Assembly (NCBI GenBank): GCA_963666365.2
Contig: CAXXNF010000002.1
Coordinates: forward strand, 1,184,001-1,248,000
Reading direction: 5' to 3'
Source of the DNA: Syntrophales bacterium
GTDB taxonomy: Bacteria > Desulfobacterota > Syntrophia > Syntrophales > UBA2210
Length of the DNA stretch: 64,000 nt
Positions within the stretch are counted from its first letter, which is position 1; every line of letters begins with the position of its first letter. Shown piece by piece: positions 19,198 through 29,371 of the stretch. The notes beneath the pieces are model-generated. The model was not told the DNA's origin and made no database searches. It was given only the letters and a program-made list of their open reading frames with translations. The position numbers and the translations under genes were made by a program.

Positions 19198-20091
19198 ATG
19201 GGCATTGAATCCGTTCCGACAGATATAAGCATCATCATCCCCGCGTTCCGCGAAGAAGCAGCTCTCGGTTCTGTGGTGCAAAAAATCCAGGAAGTAATGT
19301 TCACATACGCCCGCACATACGAAATTCTCGTTATCGACGATGGCTCCGACGACAACACCGCTGCGGAAGCACGCAACGCAGGGGCGACAGTAATCGCCCA
19401 CCCCTACACCATAGGAAACGGCGCCGCCGTCAAAACCGGCATCAGAAACGCCAGGGGCGCCTACCTTGTCATGCTCGACGGCGACGGCCAGCATGATCCG
19501 CAGGACATTCCCCGGCTTCTTGAAAAACTGGACGCCTATGATATGGTCGTGGGTGCACGAACAGCTCAATCGCAGCAGTCATTCCAGCGCAGACTTGCCA
19601 ACAGGATCTACAACCTCTGCGCATCCTACATCTGCAAGCGAAAAATCGACGACCTGACGTCGGGGTTCAGGGCGATCAAAACAGAAATTGCACGGCGGTT
19701 CGTCTATCTCATTCCGAACACCTTTTCCTACCCGACCACCCTCACCCTTGCCATCGTGCGGGCGGGTCACAGCCTCGTCTACGTGCCGATCGACACAAAA
19801 TGGCGATCCGGAAAAAGCAAAATAAAACCCGTGCAGGATGGGGCGCGCTTTTTCCTGATCATCATAAAAATCGCCACCCTCTTTTCGCCCATGCGGGTGT
19901 TCCTGCCCGTCAGCGTCATCGTATTCCTCATCGGCCTGGGGTATGGGCTCGTCAAAATATTCTTCATGGACGCCCGCTACGGACCCACCTCGGCCATGCT
20001 GATGACCATGGCCGTGGTGATCTTCATGGTGGGACTTGTCTCCGACCAGGTGGCGCAACTGAGATTCGACAGAAGCGAAGACCGGGAGTAG
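19198..20091 (+). CDS. GT2 glycosyltransferase, polyprenol-phosphate (DPM1-like) type with C-terminal TMs
   Basis: IIIPAFREE, VIDDGSDD, LDGDGQHDP, DLTSGFR. Confidence 0.9.
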   Translation: MGIESVPTDISIIIPAFREEAALGSVVQKIQEVMFTYARTYEILVIDDGSDDNTAAEARNAGATVIAHPYTIGNGAAVKTGIRNARGAYLVMLDGDGQHDPQDIPRLLEKLDAYDMVVGARTAQSQQSFQRRLANRIYNLCASYICKRKIDDLTSGFRAIKTEIARRFVYLIPNTFSYPTTLTLAIVRAGHSLVYVPIDTKWRSGKSKIKPVQDGARFFLIIIKIATLFSPMRVFLPVSVIVFLIGLGYGLVKIFFMDARYGPTSAMLMTMAVVIFMVGLVSDQVAQLRFDRSEDRE

Positions 20092-20168
20092 TGCGAACAA
20101 AGTCATGGATTGATTTAAAAAAACATTTTTGATATTTATGTATTGTTAAGTAAAAAGGAGCGGAATAA

Positions 20169-20387
20169 ATGAACAATAATGAGTTGATTTTCTTAATAGA
20201 AGAAGATCCCGAAAGCGGATATAACGCCAGAGCACTCGGCCCGTCCATCTTTGTTCAAGGTGAAACCATTGCAGACCTTAAAAACAATATAAAAGACGCT
20301 CTTGAATGCCATTACGATTCGAAAGAAGATATTCCTCAGATTATCAGGCTGCATATAGTCCATGATGAGATCTTTGCCTATGCCTAA
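20169..20387 (+). CDS. HicB-like antitoxin
   Basis: ELIFLIEEDPESGYNARALGPSIFVQGET; overlaps hicA. Confidence 0.75.
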   Translation: MNNNELIFLIEEDPESGYNARALGPSIFVQGETIADLKNNIKDALECHYDSKEDIPQIIRLHIVHDEIFAYA

Positions 20388-20628
20388 GGTACCAAGGGAC
20401 ATCTCGGGCAGGGAACTGGCAAAGCTTCTTATCGGATACAAATACAAAATCGCAAGGGAATCGGGAAGCCATATCAGATTGGTTTCAACGTATCAAGAAG
20501 CAGAACACAAAATCACCATACCGGACCATCAACCTATAAAAATAGGAACGTTAAATAACATTTTGAGCGACATCGCAGAATATCTGAAGATCTCAAAGCA
20601 GAAGCTTATTCAGAAACTTTTTGAATAA
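20380..20628 (+). CDS. hicA: HicA toxin
   Basis: RESGSHIRL...ITIPDHQPIKIGTLNNIL. Confidence 0.88.
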   Translation: MPKVPRDISGRELAKLLIGYKYKIARESGSHIRLVSTYQEAEHKITIPDHQPIKIGTLNNILSDIAEYLKISKQKLIQKLFE

Positions 20629-20713
20629 AAAGACATTCAAACATACTCAACATCTGTCCTGGAGCCACCCCCTTTATATATAAAGGACCACACCCTAATA
20701 GCTTTCCCCGTTG

Positions 20714-20845
20714 GAGGCTCTGTCACGATTGCCGATTCGTCATTGCGAGCGACCACAGGGAGCGCAGCAATCTCGTAGTATCAGCCTATGAGGTTGCTTC
20801 TTCGGTCGTGATACTCCCTCACGGTGACATTACGACACAGCCCTC
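20714..20845. mobile_element. MITE-like element with GAGGCT(G/C)TGTC ends carrying a REP pair
   Basis: GAGGCTCTGTCACGA / TTACGACACAGCCCTC ends; internal GTCATTGCGAGCGACC..GGGAGCGC.GCAATCTC. Confidence 0.55.
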
Positions 20846-21029
20846 TAACAGGCTACATATAGTTCATGATGAGATCTTTACCTATGCCTAAGGTACCAAG
20901 AGACATCTCGGGCAGGAAAAATGTCTTAATTCTTGCAGATAGAGACAGAATGATCTAAAATGCTTTCGCGTGTATATGCAGACAAACGATACGCAACTGG
21001 ATTGCGATCTTTGATTCGGGGGGACTTAA

Positions 21030-21251
21030 ATGAATAATTATATAGAAATTGATCACCAAATCTGCGGGGGTAAGCCAGTAATTCGTGGAACAAGGATTAT
21101 GGTGAAAAATATATTGGGCATGGTGGCCGGCGGGTACACGATTGATCAGATTGTTGCAGCCTATCCCGAGTTAACAGCGGATATGGTCCAGGGCACATTG
21201 GAATACGCGGCACAAATTATAGATGAAGAACAGGTAATAGCCATTGCCTGA
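21030..21251 (+). CDS. DUF433-family antitoxin
   Basis: ICGGKPVIRGTRI...AYPELT. Confidence 0.9.
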   Translation: MNNYIEIDHQICGGKPVIRGTRIMVKNILGMVAGGYTIDQIVAAYPELTADMVQGTLEYAAQIIDEEQVIAIA

Positions 21252-21338
21252 GCTCCCCTTACGTTTTCTTCGGAAAATACCATACCAAACAGCTTGATCA
21301 TCATTGACAATTACAAAATCAGAATAAGAAAAATGTAG
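21244..21338 (+). pseudogene. Internally deleted remnant of the cognate PIN-like (DUF5615-type) toxin
   Basis: Start LRFL joined out of frame to a tail SLIIIDNYKIRIRK*. Confidence 0.5.
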
Positions 21339-21508
21339 TAATTATGACATGAGAGTCTGTTATTTTCTCACTTTTTGATCCTCTTAAAATCCAAGAGATT
21401 TACGCTCGCTTATTCCAAAGACCCACGCACCAATAGCTTCTCCCTTTGAAAAAATGAACCGAGGGGAATTTCTCCCCGCAGTGCCACGAATAACGCAGCG
21501 TTACCTTC

Positions 21509-21544
21509 GTCATTGCGAGCGACCGCAGGGAGCGCGGCAATCTC
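21509..21544 (+). repeat. REP-like palindrome
   Basis: GTCATTGCGAGCGACCGCAGGGAGCGCGGCAATCTC; also at 20739 and inverted at 46008. Confidence 0.75.
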
Positions 21545-21657
21545 ACCTTTCGATGTGTTCAATATGCTCCGGGCATGGCGTGAAAAACAAAAGCGTCGTC
21601 CAGCCAACTGTATGACCTGTATTGTACATTTAATCACGAACAGCCCATACCCAAATT

Positions 21658-22311
21658 TTGAACGAAATTAAAAAGCAGATCGAGGTGCAATATGAAATTA
21701 CAACTTGCATATTGCACCAATATTGGCCTACATTACTCGCTATTGCAACGGCCGAGGCGAGAATTGTTAACGACACGGGAGTGTCTCATACCACCGCCCG
21801 CTCCTGGATAACCCTGCTGGAGGCAAGCTACATTCTGTTTGTTCTGCCTCCATGGTATCGAAACATATCAAAGCGTTTGATAAAATCTCCAAAACTATAT
21901 TTTTACGATGTCGGGCTGGCAAGTTACCTCCTGGGGTTGGAAAACGAACAGCATGCCAACCGACATCCCTTACGGGGAAATCTCATCGAAAATCTTGTTG
22001 TCATGGAAGCGGTCAAATATCGCTTCAATAGAGGCAAGCAGAGCAATCTCTGTTTTTATCGCGACGCAAAAGGAAATGAAGTTGACCTGATACTGGAGAT
22101 CGGCCCCGACCTTTTCCCCATCGAAATCAAGGCGGGTGCAACCATTGCATCAGACTATTTCAAGGGATTGAACTATTTCAAAAAGGTTGTCCCCGATCTT
22201 CCCTGGGGAAGCGGTCTGATTTACGGAGGAGCGGATCGACAAACCCGCAGCGATACCCGCATTTATCCCTTGTCGTCCACAGAAGAAATGCTCCGCGAAA
22301 TTGATAAATAA
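21658..22311 (+). pseudogene. C-terminal (DUF4143) fragment of an AAA ATPase
   Basis: KRLIKSPKLYFYDVGL, FYRD..EVDL..PIEIK; no Walker A; homology begins near 21760. Confidence 0.75.
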
Positions 22312-22394
22312 CACGAAATACAGATCCTTCAAAAAAATCCCTTGACAATGCTCCCGCATCTGTTATGAGTAGAATAACTGCTCATAAAGGTGCA

Positions 22395-22946
22395 ATGATG
22401 GACAGTCTTTTTGCGGGCATCATATCCTCGAAAACAAGAATCAAGCTCCTGGTGCGATTCTTCTTCAATCCCGGCACAAAGGCATACTTGCGGGAACTTG
22501 CAAAGGAACTCAACGTCTCATCCAACGCCGTCCGCGAAGAACTGAACCAGCTCACGGAAACCAGACTCCTCACATCAGAAAAGAACGGCCGCAACATCTA
22601 CTACACCGCAAACACACAGCACCCCCTCTTCCCGGAATTGAAATCCATGGTCGGCAAGGTCCTCGGCCTCGATCAGGTCATCGAAAGCATCATCACACGC
22701 CTGGGCGATCTGGAAAGCGCCTACCTTATTGACGACTATGCCGAAGGCAAAGACACAGGCATCATCGACCTCGTGCTGGTGGGAAACATCGACCAGTACC
22801 ACCTCAACGACCTGAGCAGAAAAACTGAACGATACATCAAGCGAAAAATTCGCTCCCTAGTCTTATCCAGAGAGGAATTCGAAGACTTTCTGCCCACACT
22901 GGAAAACAGACCGCATTTTCTGGTGTGGGAGGAAAAGAAAGGTTGA
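22395..22946 (+). CDS. Winged-HTH regulator fused to a minimal nucleotidyltransferase-like domain
   Basis: YLRELAKEL..SNAVREELNQL; DYAEGKDTGIIDLVLVG. Confidence 0.85.
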   Translation: MMDSLFAGIISSKTRIKLLVRFFFNPGTKAYLRELAKELNVSSNAVREELNQLTETRLLTSEKNGRNIYYTANTQHPLFPELKSMVGKVLGLDQVIESIITRLGDLESAYLIDDYAEGKDTGIIDLVLVGNIDQYHLNDLSRKTERYIKRKIRSLVLSREEFEDFLPTLENRPHFLVWEEKKG

Positions 22947-22957
22947 GCGGACAGAAC

Positions 22958-23344
22958 ATGAATAAAACAGCGCTCAAAAAAATTATACGACAAGGCGAAT
23001 CGGAAACGGTTGAATTCAAATCCAGCTTTGACATTGCAGCAATTGAAACACTTGTCGCTTTTGCTAATGTGGGGGGCGGCGTTGTTCTTGTGGGTGTGGC
23101 GGATTCAGGAAAAATTGTAGGTGTTCAGCGTGCAAAACCACCCAGAAGACCACTCAGAAAAATGAAAACCCAAGATCAGATACTGGAACTTCTACGCGAA
23201 AACCCCCGCCTCACACGTAGCGAGATAGCCCAACTGCTGGGGAAAACTTCAAACACCATTAAGGAACACCTGGCCACGCTCAAGTCAGAAAACCGTCTGG
23301 AACGTATCGAAAGTGACCGCGATGGTTATTGGAAGGTAAAATAG
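22958..23344 (+). pseudogene. AlbA/Schlafen-like protein with internal deletion, retaining C-terminal HTH
   Basis: GESETVEFKSS..AFANVGGGVVLVGV.D.G joined directly to an HTH ending GYWKVK. Confidence 0.7.
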
Positions 23345-23356
23345 AAAATGGAAGTT

Positions 23357-23569
23357 GACTACGCCGAAGGCAAAGACACAGGCACCATCGACCTCGTGCT
23401 GGTGGGAAACATCGACCAGTACCACCTTAACGACCTGAGCAGAAAAACTGAACGATACATCAAGTGAAAAATTCGCTCCCTGGTCTTATCCAGAGAGGAA
23501 TTCGAAGACTTTCTGCCCACACTGGAAAACAGACCGCATTTTCTGGTGTGGGAACAGAGGGAAAGCTGA
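23357..23569 (+). pseudogene. Duplicated 3' end of the HTH-nucleotidyltransferase gene
   Basis: Near-identical to 22734-22930, with a CGA>TGA stop. Confidence 0.9.
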
Positions 23570-23773
23570 ACTGAGCAGAGGAAGAGGTGATTAAGCGGGC
23601 CGTTTTGTTCCGCAGCTCCACCAATCTTCCCCCATCAAGAAGTTACAACCCTTGTGATGTAACTTACGGGGCGGAGCTGAATCCGGCGAATGTAAAAAAT
23701 AATCCCATCCCACCATTTTCCATTTTAATCGTTTACTTTACTACATATCATGCTGGTGGGGCAAAAGAGAAAG

Positions 23774-24028
23774 TCAGTAGTGATATTTCAGTTGTGCAAT
23801 GAGAATCGCATCATCCGAAACTTTATACACGAATCTATGTTCATCATTTATCCGCCTGGACCAGTATCCGGACAGGGCATGTTGCAATGGTTCAGGTTTG
23901 CCAACACCCTCAAAAGGGTTACGTGTTGTTTCCTTAATGAGGGTGTTGATACGGCAAAGAATTCTTTTATCAGTTTTTTGCCAATAGAGGTAATCGTCCC
24001 AGGCATGATCTGAGAAAATAAGCTTCAC
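23774..24028 (-). CDS. yoeB: YoeB/Txe toxin
   Basis: AWDDYLYWQ..GKPEPL..WSRRINDEHR. Confidence 0.95.
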   Translation of the reverse strand: MKLIFSDHAWDDYLYWQKTDKRILCRINTLIKETTRNPFEGVGKPEPLQHALSGYWSRRINDEHRFVYKVSDDAILIAQLKYHY

Positions 24029-24276
24029 TCTAAAAGCTCCTTTTCATTTCCTTTGCCATTTTCGAGTTGGGCGATAGATTCAATCAGACGTCTTGTGTTT
24101 TTCGGTGACCGCAACAGGTAGGCTGTCTCTTCAAGGGCTTCAAAGTCCTCAAGGGACATAATAACCACAGATTCCGATGATTTACGTGTTACAATCATCG
24201 GGGCGCGGTCTCTGCAAACTTTTTCCATTGTTTTCGCAAGGTTTTGCCTTGCGGCTGTATAGGTTATGACTTCCAT
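24025..24276 (-). CDS. yefM: YefM antitoxin
   Basis: YTAARQNLA...EETAYLLRSPKN. Confidence 0.95.
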   Translation of the reverse strand: MEVITYTAARQNLAKTMEKVCRDRAPMIVTRKSSESVVIMSLEDFEALEETAYLLRSPKNTRRLIESIAQLENGKGNEKELLE

Positions 24277-24364
24277 TTCGGCACCTCCTGTACAGCATAT
24301 TGTACGTATCAAGGGGCAAATGTCAACAGCTTTCTCGCCTCATACTCGCGTTGCACAGCGAAAC

Positions 24365-24385
24365 ATGAGTTGGTCGTACGCTTAC
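24365..24385. mobile_element. Orphan IS66 terminal repeat
   Basis: ATGAGTTGGTCGTACGCTTAC is the exact reverse complement of 14248-14268. Confidence 0.8.
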
Positions 24386-24396
24386 CTTCACAGAAC

Positions 24397-24533
24397 GAGA
24401 CCTGTATAATTCCCTTTTCTGTCTTGACCCGGAATCCAGAAAGTGCGTGAAACTGGATACCTCCCGGACTTGATCCGGGACCTGCCGGTATGACGAAATT
24501 GATGGTTTTATGAGGTTCTGCAAACCAGGTCTC
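24397..24533 (-). mobile_element. IS5-end MITE copy (inverted)
   Basis: GAGACC..GGTCTC ends; body is the reverse complement of 45814-45965. Confidence 0.85.
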
Positions 24534-24670
24534 GAAACCGGCGAACGTAAAAAATAATCCTATTCCACCATTTTCCATTTTAATCGTTGACTTTACCACA
24601 TATCGTGTATTAATATGTGCCATGATAATACACAAATTGTTTTATAGTGGTTGTTAAGGGAAGATATCCG

Positions 24671-26062
24671 ATGTTTAATCGACGGGCAATTGAAGACATC
24701 AAAACATGGTATCGACAGAGCACGCGCAAACCATTGGTTATCCGTGGAGCAAGGCAGGTGGGGAAAACAACCGCGGTTCGCCTTGCGGCAGAACAACTGT
24801 CCGTCAGAGTCATTGAAATCAACCTTGAGCGGCACAGGGAACTTGAACCTCTGTTCCGGCATTACAAGCTGGATGAACTGATGTTCAATTTTTCACTTAT
24901 TTGCGGAGAGAAGATTACAAACTACGATAATATAATTCTGTTTCTCGATGAAGCACAGTCAACACCATCCGCCTATTCCTGCTTGCGATATTTTTCAGAA
25001 GACATACCTGGCCTGGCCGTCATTTTAACGGGTTCTCTGCTCGATCAAGTACTCAATGACACCCGGGCGGCAACACCCGTCGGCCGCATCGAGCCCTACT
25101 TCATGGGACCATTATCATTTGAGGAATTTCTTTGTGCAACAGGTGAGACCAAGGCATTGCAGACCATTGAAATGCTTGACGCTCGGAACATGCACCTGAC
25201 GCCCGATTCCGTGCATAACGACATGATGTCGCTCGTCCGGCGTTACACGCTGACAGGTGGAATGCCCGGGTGTATCCAGCTTGCAATCGATACACATTTC
25301 AGTCATGCGGAAATTCTTAAACATCAAACGGCGTTGATTCAAACCTATAAGGATGACTTCGCCAAATACACCGGAACTGCGGATGCCCTGCGGCTCAATG
25401 CGTTCTTTAACGGAATTTTACGGCAGGTGGGTTTACAGTTTTCACATAAACAGGCCCACGAAATTGCTGTCATGACGAGCGGAGATAATCGACAGTTAAA
25501 CGCGGCTATCGAGCTTTTTGTGAAGGCCCGCTTATTTTATCGCGTGCTTCACAGCAATGCGGCCAGCATCCCATTGGGCGCTGAAACCAAAATAAGAATC
25601 AGCAAATTTTTATTTATTGACATTGGATTGTTACTGGCTGCACAGGACCTGCCCCCTCAATCAATCATGAGCGCACCTCTCGAACTGGCCAACCATGGCG
25701 TATTGGCAGAACAGTTTGTAGGCCAGCAACTGCTCTATGCAAAAGAGGGCTATATTGAGCCCGAATTATACTACTGGCAACCGCCAAAGTCAGAGGGTCA
25801 GGCAGAAGTTGATTTTCTCTTTCCCTGTGCAAATCGGATATACCCCATAGAAGTTAAGTCCGGATCAGGGGGCACGATTAAATCATTACATTCGTACGTC
25901 ATTAAAAAAGAAGCCGACCAGGCCGCGGTAATCAGTTCCGCCAAACCCTCAGCCGGCCAACTGGTGGCAAAAGTAAATAAAGTCGAGCGCAAATTCAGAT
26001 TGCTCAACATCCCCTTTTACCTGGTGCATCGACTGGAGCAACTGTTAACGGAACATTACTGA
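24671..26062 (+). CDS. AAA+ ATPase with DUF4143 C-terminus
   Basis: GARQVGKT, LFLDEAQ, EVDF..PIEVKSG. Confidence 0.9.
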   Translation: MFNRRAIEDIKTWYRQSTRKPLVIRGARQVGKTTAVRLAAEQLSVRVIEINLERHRELEPLFRHYKLDELMFNFSLICGEKITNYDNIILFLDEAQSTPSAYSCLRYFSEDIPGLAVILTGSLLDQVLNDTRAATPVGRIEPYFMGPLSFEEFLCATGETKALQTIEMLDARNMHLTPDSVHNDMMSLVRRYTLTGGMPGCIQLAIDTHFSHAEILKHQTALIQTYKDDFAKYTGTADALRLNAFFNGILRQVGLQFSHKQAHEIAVMTSGDNRQLNAAIELFVKARLFYRVLHSNAASIPLGAETKIRISKFLFIDIGLLLAAQDLPPQSIMSAPLELANHGVLAEQFVGQQLLYAKEGYIEPELYYWQPPKSEGQAEVDFLFPCANRIYPIEVKSGSGGTIKSLHSYVIKKEADQAAVISSAKPSAGQLVAKVNKVERKFRLLNIPFYLVHRLEQLLTEHY

Positions 26063-26093
26063 CAATGAGAAAGTCAGGCAAAAGCCTATGATT

Positions 26094-26255
26094 CTCGAAC
26101 TTGTGTATGAAAATCCGAATCTGACGCGCAATGAGATGGCCCAATTGCCGGGAAATAGTTCAACTACCATTAAGAAACACCTGGCCACGCGCAAGTCAGA
26201 AAACCGTCTGGAACGCATCGGAAGTGACCGCGACGGCCATTGGAAGGTAAAATAG
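26094..26255 (+). pseudogene. Orphan HTH tail homologous to the end of the AlbA-like gene
   Basis: Similar to 23183-23344 (ACCATTAAG.AACACCTGGCCACG...TTGGAAGGTAAAATAG). Confidence 0.8.
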
Positions 26256-26289
26256 AAATGTAAGATGACGATAGCAATATTACTTAACT

Positions 26290-26426
26290 TTGACGGTCCC
26301 GCAAAAATTCAAAAATAGTGTAAGTCTTACGGCGATAGGAATCCACAACTACTTGACACGGTTTGATTTCATGCGATACTTGTAATCACAAAAAAGCTCA
26401 AAATCGACTTTTTACGGAACCATCTA
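26290..26426. mobile_element. MITE-like element
   Basis: TTGACGGTCCCGCAAAAA / GACTTTTTACGGAACCATCTAA imperfect IRs. Confidence 0.55.
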
Positions 26427-26504
26427 AATTGACACTATTTCAAATTGTAGCGATAAATAAACTACGCAAAAAAATAAACACGTCAATAAAATGGTAAATA
26501 TGAA

Positions 26505-27590
26505 ATGCGTTATAAGGGAAATAAAATAAAACTATGTTACATCCTGTCTTATCGATGTCCAAATTATGTCAGAACGAGAACTCTCATTGAGGCCCTTAGG
26601 AGAATTGATAATTTGCTATTATTTCAAGCTGTAAATACTAGCGAAGGATTATTTCGTTATGTACAAACATTGATTTTACTGCTTAAAATTAGGATAAAGA
26701 AAAATCCTGATTATTACATCTTAGGATTTAGAGGATATGAAATATTTTGGATAGTTAGGTTTATTACACTTGGAAAAATATTAATTTATGATCACATGAT
26801 GTCACCATATCACAGCATGGTGTACGAAAAAAACAGCATTAAACGAGGTGGCTTGATTGATAAATTAATCTTTTTTTATGAAAAACTAATATTACATAAA
26901 TCTGATTCAATATTAACTGACACTGATTTACACAAATATTTTTTTTGCAATCGATTCTCAATTGAGCCTCGCAAGATCCATTCAATACCAGTTGGTGCAG
27001 ATGAAGAATTATTCAAGCCCTCTCCTTCCGCCAGCAATAACATCAGCAATTCCTTGAATGTTCTTTTTTACGGTTCATTTCTTCCCCTCCATGGCGTTGA
27101 TATCATGCTTACGGCTGCATATCTTCTAAAAGACATGCCTATAACTTTTACTCTTATTGGAGGAAGAGGCAAATCCTATAGAAACTTTTTTAAAAAAAAG
27201 AAATGTTTAAAACTTAACAACATAATTCACTACAAATGGGTTCCATACCAACAACTTCCGCTTTTAATACGCAGATCAGATGTATGCTTATGTGGCCCTT
27301 TTGGTGATACCACTCAGTCACATCTTGTTATCACAGGAAAGACTTTTCAATGCATGGCTATGTCTAAGCCTGTTATTATAGGTAAGATCAATGATGATTA
27401 TGGTTTCCGAGATAAGGAAAACTGCCTTTTAGTTCCCCAAGGAAATGAGAAGAATCTTGCAGATGCATTAGTTTGGTGTTTTGATAATAAAGAGAAATTA
27501 TCGTTAATAGGAAAAAACGGATTAATACTTTACAGGAATAAATTTTCTATTGATTTTATAAAAAATATTATTGAAGAGATTTTAGACTAA
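26505..27590 (+). CDS. GT4 glycosyltransferase
   Basis: VLFYGSFLPLHGV, KTFQCMAMSKPVI; AT-rich. Confidence 0.88.
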   Translation: MRYKGNKIKLCYILSYRCPNYVRTRTLIEALRRIDNLLLFQAVNTSEGLFRYVQTLILLLKIRIKKNPDYYILGFRGYEIFWIVRFITLGKILIYDHMMSPYHSMVYEKNSIKRGGLIDKLIFFYEKLILHKSDSILTDTDLHKYFFCNRFSIEPRKIHSIPVGADEELFKPSPSASNNISNSLNVLFYGSFLPLHGVDIMLTAAYLLKDMPITFTLIGGRGKSYRNFFKKKKCLKLNNIIHYKWVPYQQLPLLIRRSDVCLCGPFGDTTQSHLVITGKTFQCMAMSKPVIIGKINDDYGFRDKENCLLVPQGNEKNLADALVWCFDNKEKLSLIGKNGLILYRNKFSIDFIKNIIEEILD

Positions 27591-28324
27591 TGAAATACTA
27601 TACTCCTAGGTTCCTTTTTCGAAGGCATGAAGTGTTAAAAAAAATCAAAAGCGGAAATACTTTTTTAGAAATTGGTCCCGGTAGCTTAAACCTTACAGCA
27701 GATATTCTTAAATATTATAACCATGGAACACTTGTAGATTTTAATCCATTAATATATGATTTTTACGACAGTTTTGAATGGTCTACTAAAAATAAATTAC
27801 ATCTTATAGTTGGTAATTTTATGAATATCACATTGAAATCAAAATATGATTGTATTATTGCCTGTGAAGTCATGGAACATATCAAGTATGATGTTTTATT
27901 TTTAGAAAAAATATATACACTCCTTAGCGATCATGGTTGTATTATAATTTCGGTTCCTGCAAAAAAAGCTTTATGGGCAAGGGATGACGAAATTGTTGGA
28001 CATTACAGGAGATATGAAAAAACAGAAATCATGAAAATGATTATGCAATTAAATTTTAAAAACATAGAAATCGTTTCATATGGTTTTCCATTTCTCAATC
28101 TTCTCAGATGGCTAAGAATTATTCTTGCAGGTGTGCAGATAAATAAATTAACATTAAGCATGAAAGCAAGATCCCAATATAGTGGAATTAGCCCCTTAAA
28201 TAATATTTTTAAACTTACGGGATTTTTATTTAACAAATATACAGCCTATCCTTTTTGTTTATTTTCTGCTTTATTTAACAATTATGATTTATCAGACGGT
28301 TATTTAATTACTGCTAATAAATAG
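27590..28324 (+). CDS. Class I SAM-dependent methyltransferase
   Basis: LEIGPGS, CEVMEHI, ISVPA..DEIVGHYRRY. Confidence 0.88.
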   Translation: MKYYTPRFLFRRHEVLKKIKSGNTFLEIGPGSLNLTADILKYYNHGTLVDFNPLIYDFYDSFEWSTKNKLHLIVGNFMNITLKSKYDCIIACEVMEHIKYDVLFLEKIYTLLSDHGCIIISVPAKKALWARDDEIVGHYRRYEKTEIMKMIMQLNFKNIEIVSYGFPFLNLLRWLRIILAGVQINKLTLSMKARSQYSGISPLNNIFKLTGFLFNKYTAYPFCLFSALFNNYDLSDGYLITANK

Positions 28325-28370
28325 ATATTTATTTAGTTTTTTATTTATTTTATCTATTAGAGTAAGAGAT

Positions 28371-29189
28371 ATGGCAGAAGTTAATTTAAGAAAAACAGGC
28401 GAACGCATAGTTCCTGAAAAAATTAAATCGTGTGATGAATATCTCCTCTATTTGAGACACATGTTTGCTTATAAACAGGCGTCTCATTTTTTAAATAACA
28501 ATAACAATGTGCTAGAAGTTGGATGTGGTGAGGGATATGGAACTCATTATTTATCACATCGCGTTAAAAACATAATCGGCCTAGACATAGATGAAAATAC
28601 CATAAAACATGCCGCGGCAAAATATAGCTCTGACAATTGTACTTTCAACTTTTTCGATGGATTAAATATTCCTTATGAAGATAATATTTTTGATGTGGTA
28701 ATTTCTTTTCAAGTAATTGAACACGTATTTAATGATTTTGATTTTGTTTCAGATATATATAGAGTTATGAAAAAAAATTCTAATTTTATTCTTACCACTC
28801 CGAACAGAAAATATAGACTTAAAAATAATCAGCAACCTTGGAATAGATTTCATGTAAGAGAATATTCGGCAATTGACTTAAATAATTTATTAAACCGCAC
28901 ATTCAACAGTGTAAATATTTGGGGCATACGTGGTAATGATGATATTCAAAAGAATGAAATAAAAAGGGTAAAACAAATTTTAAAGATACAGTCATTTGAT
29001 CCACTTAATTTAAGAAGATGCATACCGGGCAGGTATCAACCTATAATCATTACGCTATTAAAAAAAATTATCAATAGAAACAATAATATAGAGGGTGATT
29101 TTCAAAACAAATATACTGTAGATAACTTCCAAATAAAAAAGTCTGATATTGATAGTAGTCTGGATTTATTAGCTATTTGTACAAAATAA
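28371..29189 (+). CDS. Class I SAM-dependent methyltransferase
   Basis: VLEVGCGEGYG, FQVIEHV, LTTPNR..FHVREY. Confidence 0.9.
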   Translation: MAEVNLRKTGERIVPEKIKSCDEYLLYLRHMFAYKQASHFLNNNNNVLEVGCGEGYGTHYLSHRVKNIIGLDIDENTIKHAAAKYSSDNCTFNFFDGLNIPYEDNIFDVVISFQVIEHVFNDFDFVSDIYRVMKKNSNFILTTPNRKYRLKNNQQPWNRFHVREYSAIDLNNLLNRTFNSVNIWGIRGNDDIQKNEIKRVKQILKIQSFDPLNLRRCIPGRYQPIIITLLKKIINRNNNIEGDFQNKYTVDNFQIKKSDIDSSLDLLAICTK

Positions 29190-29371
29190 ATCTACTTCAC
29201 CGCAAGCAGCGGGTATTTTTAAACGCATTTAACGCTCAAGGGACGGGTACCTAAAATTCAATGTGATTTCAATGTCAGTTTCCATGGTATTATTTGGGGA
29301 TAACATATCGGCTATTACGTGATCTATTTTGGAACTTGCAACCATATACATATTTTGAAAAGAATCACATC

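Noticed and set aside
17056..26268. Integron cassette array
   Set aside because: No integrase and no recurring attC-like GTTRRRY/RYYYAAC structures recognised between the genes
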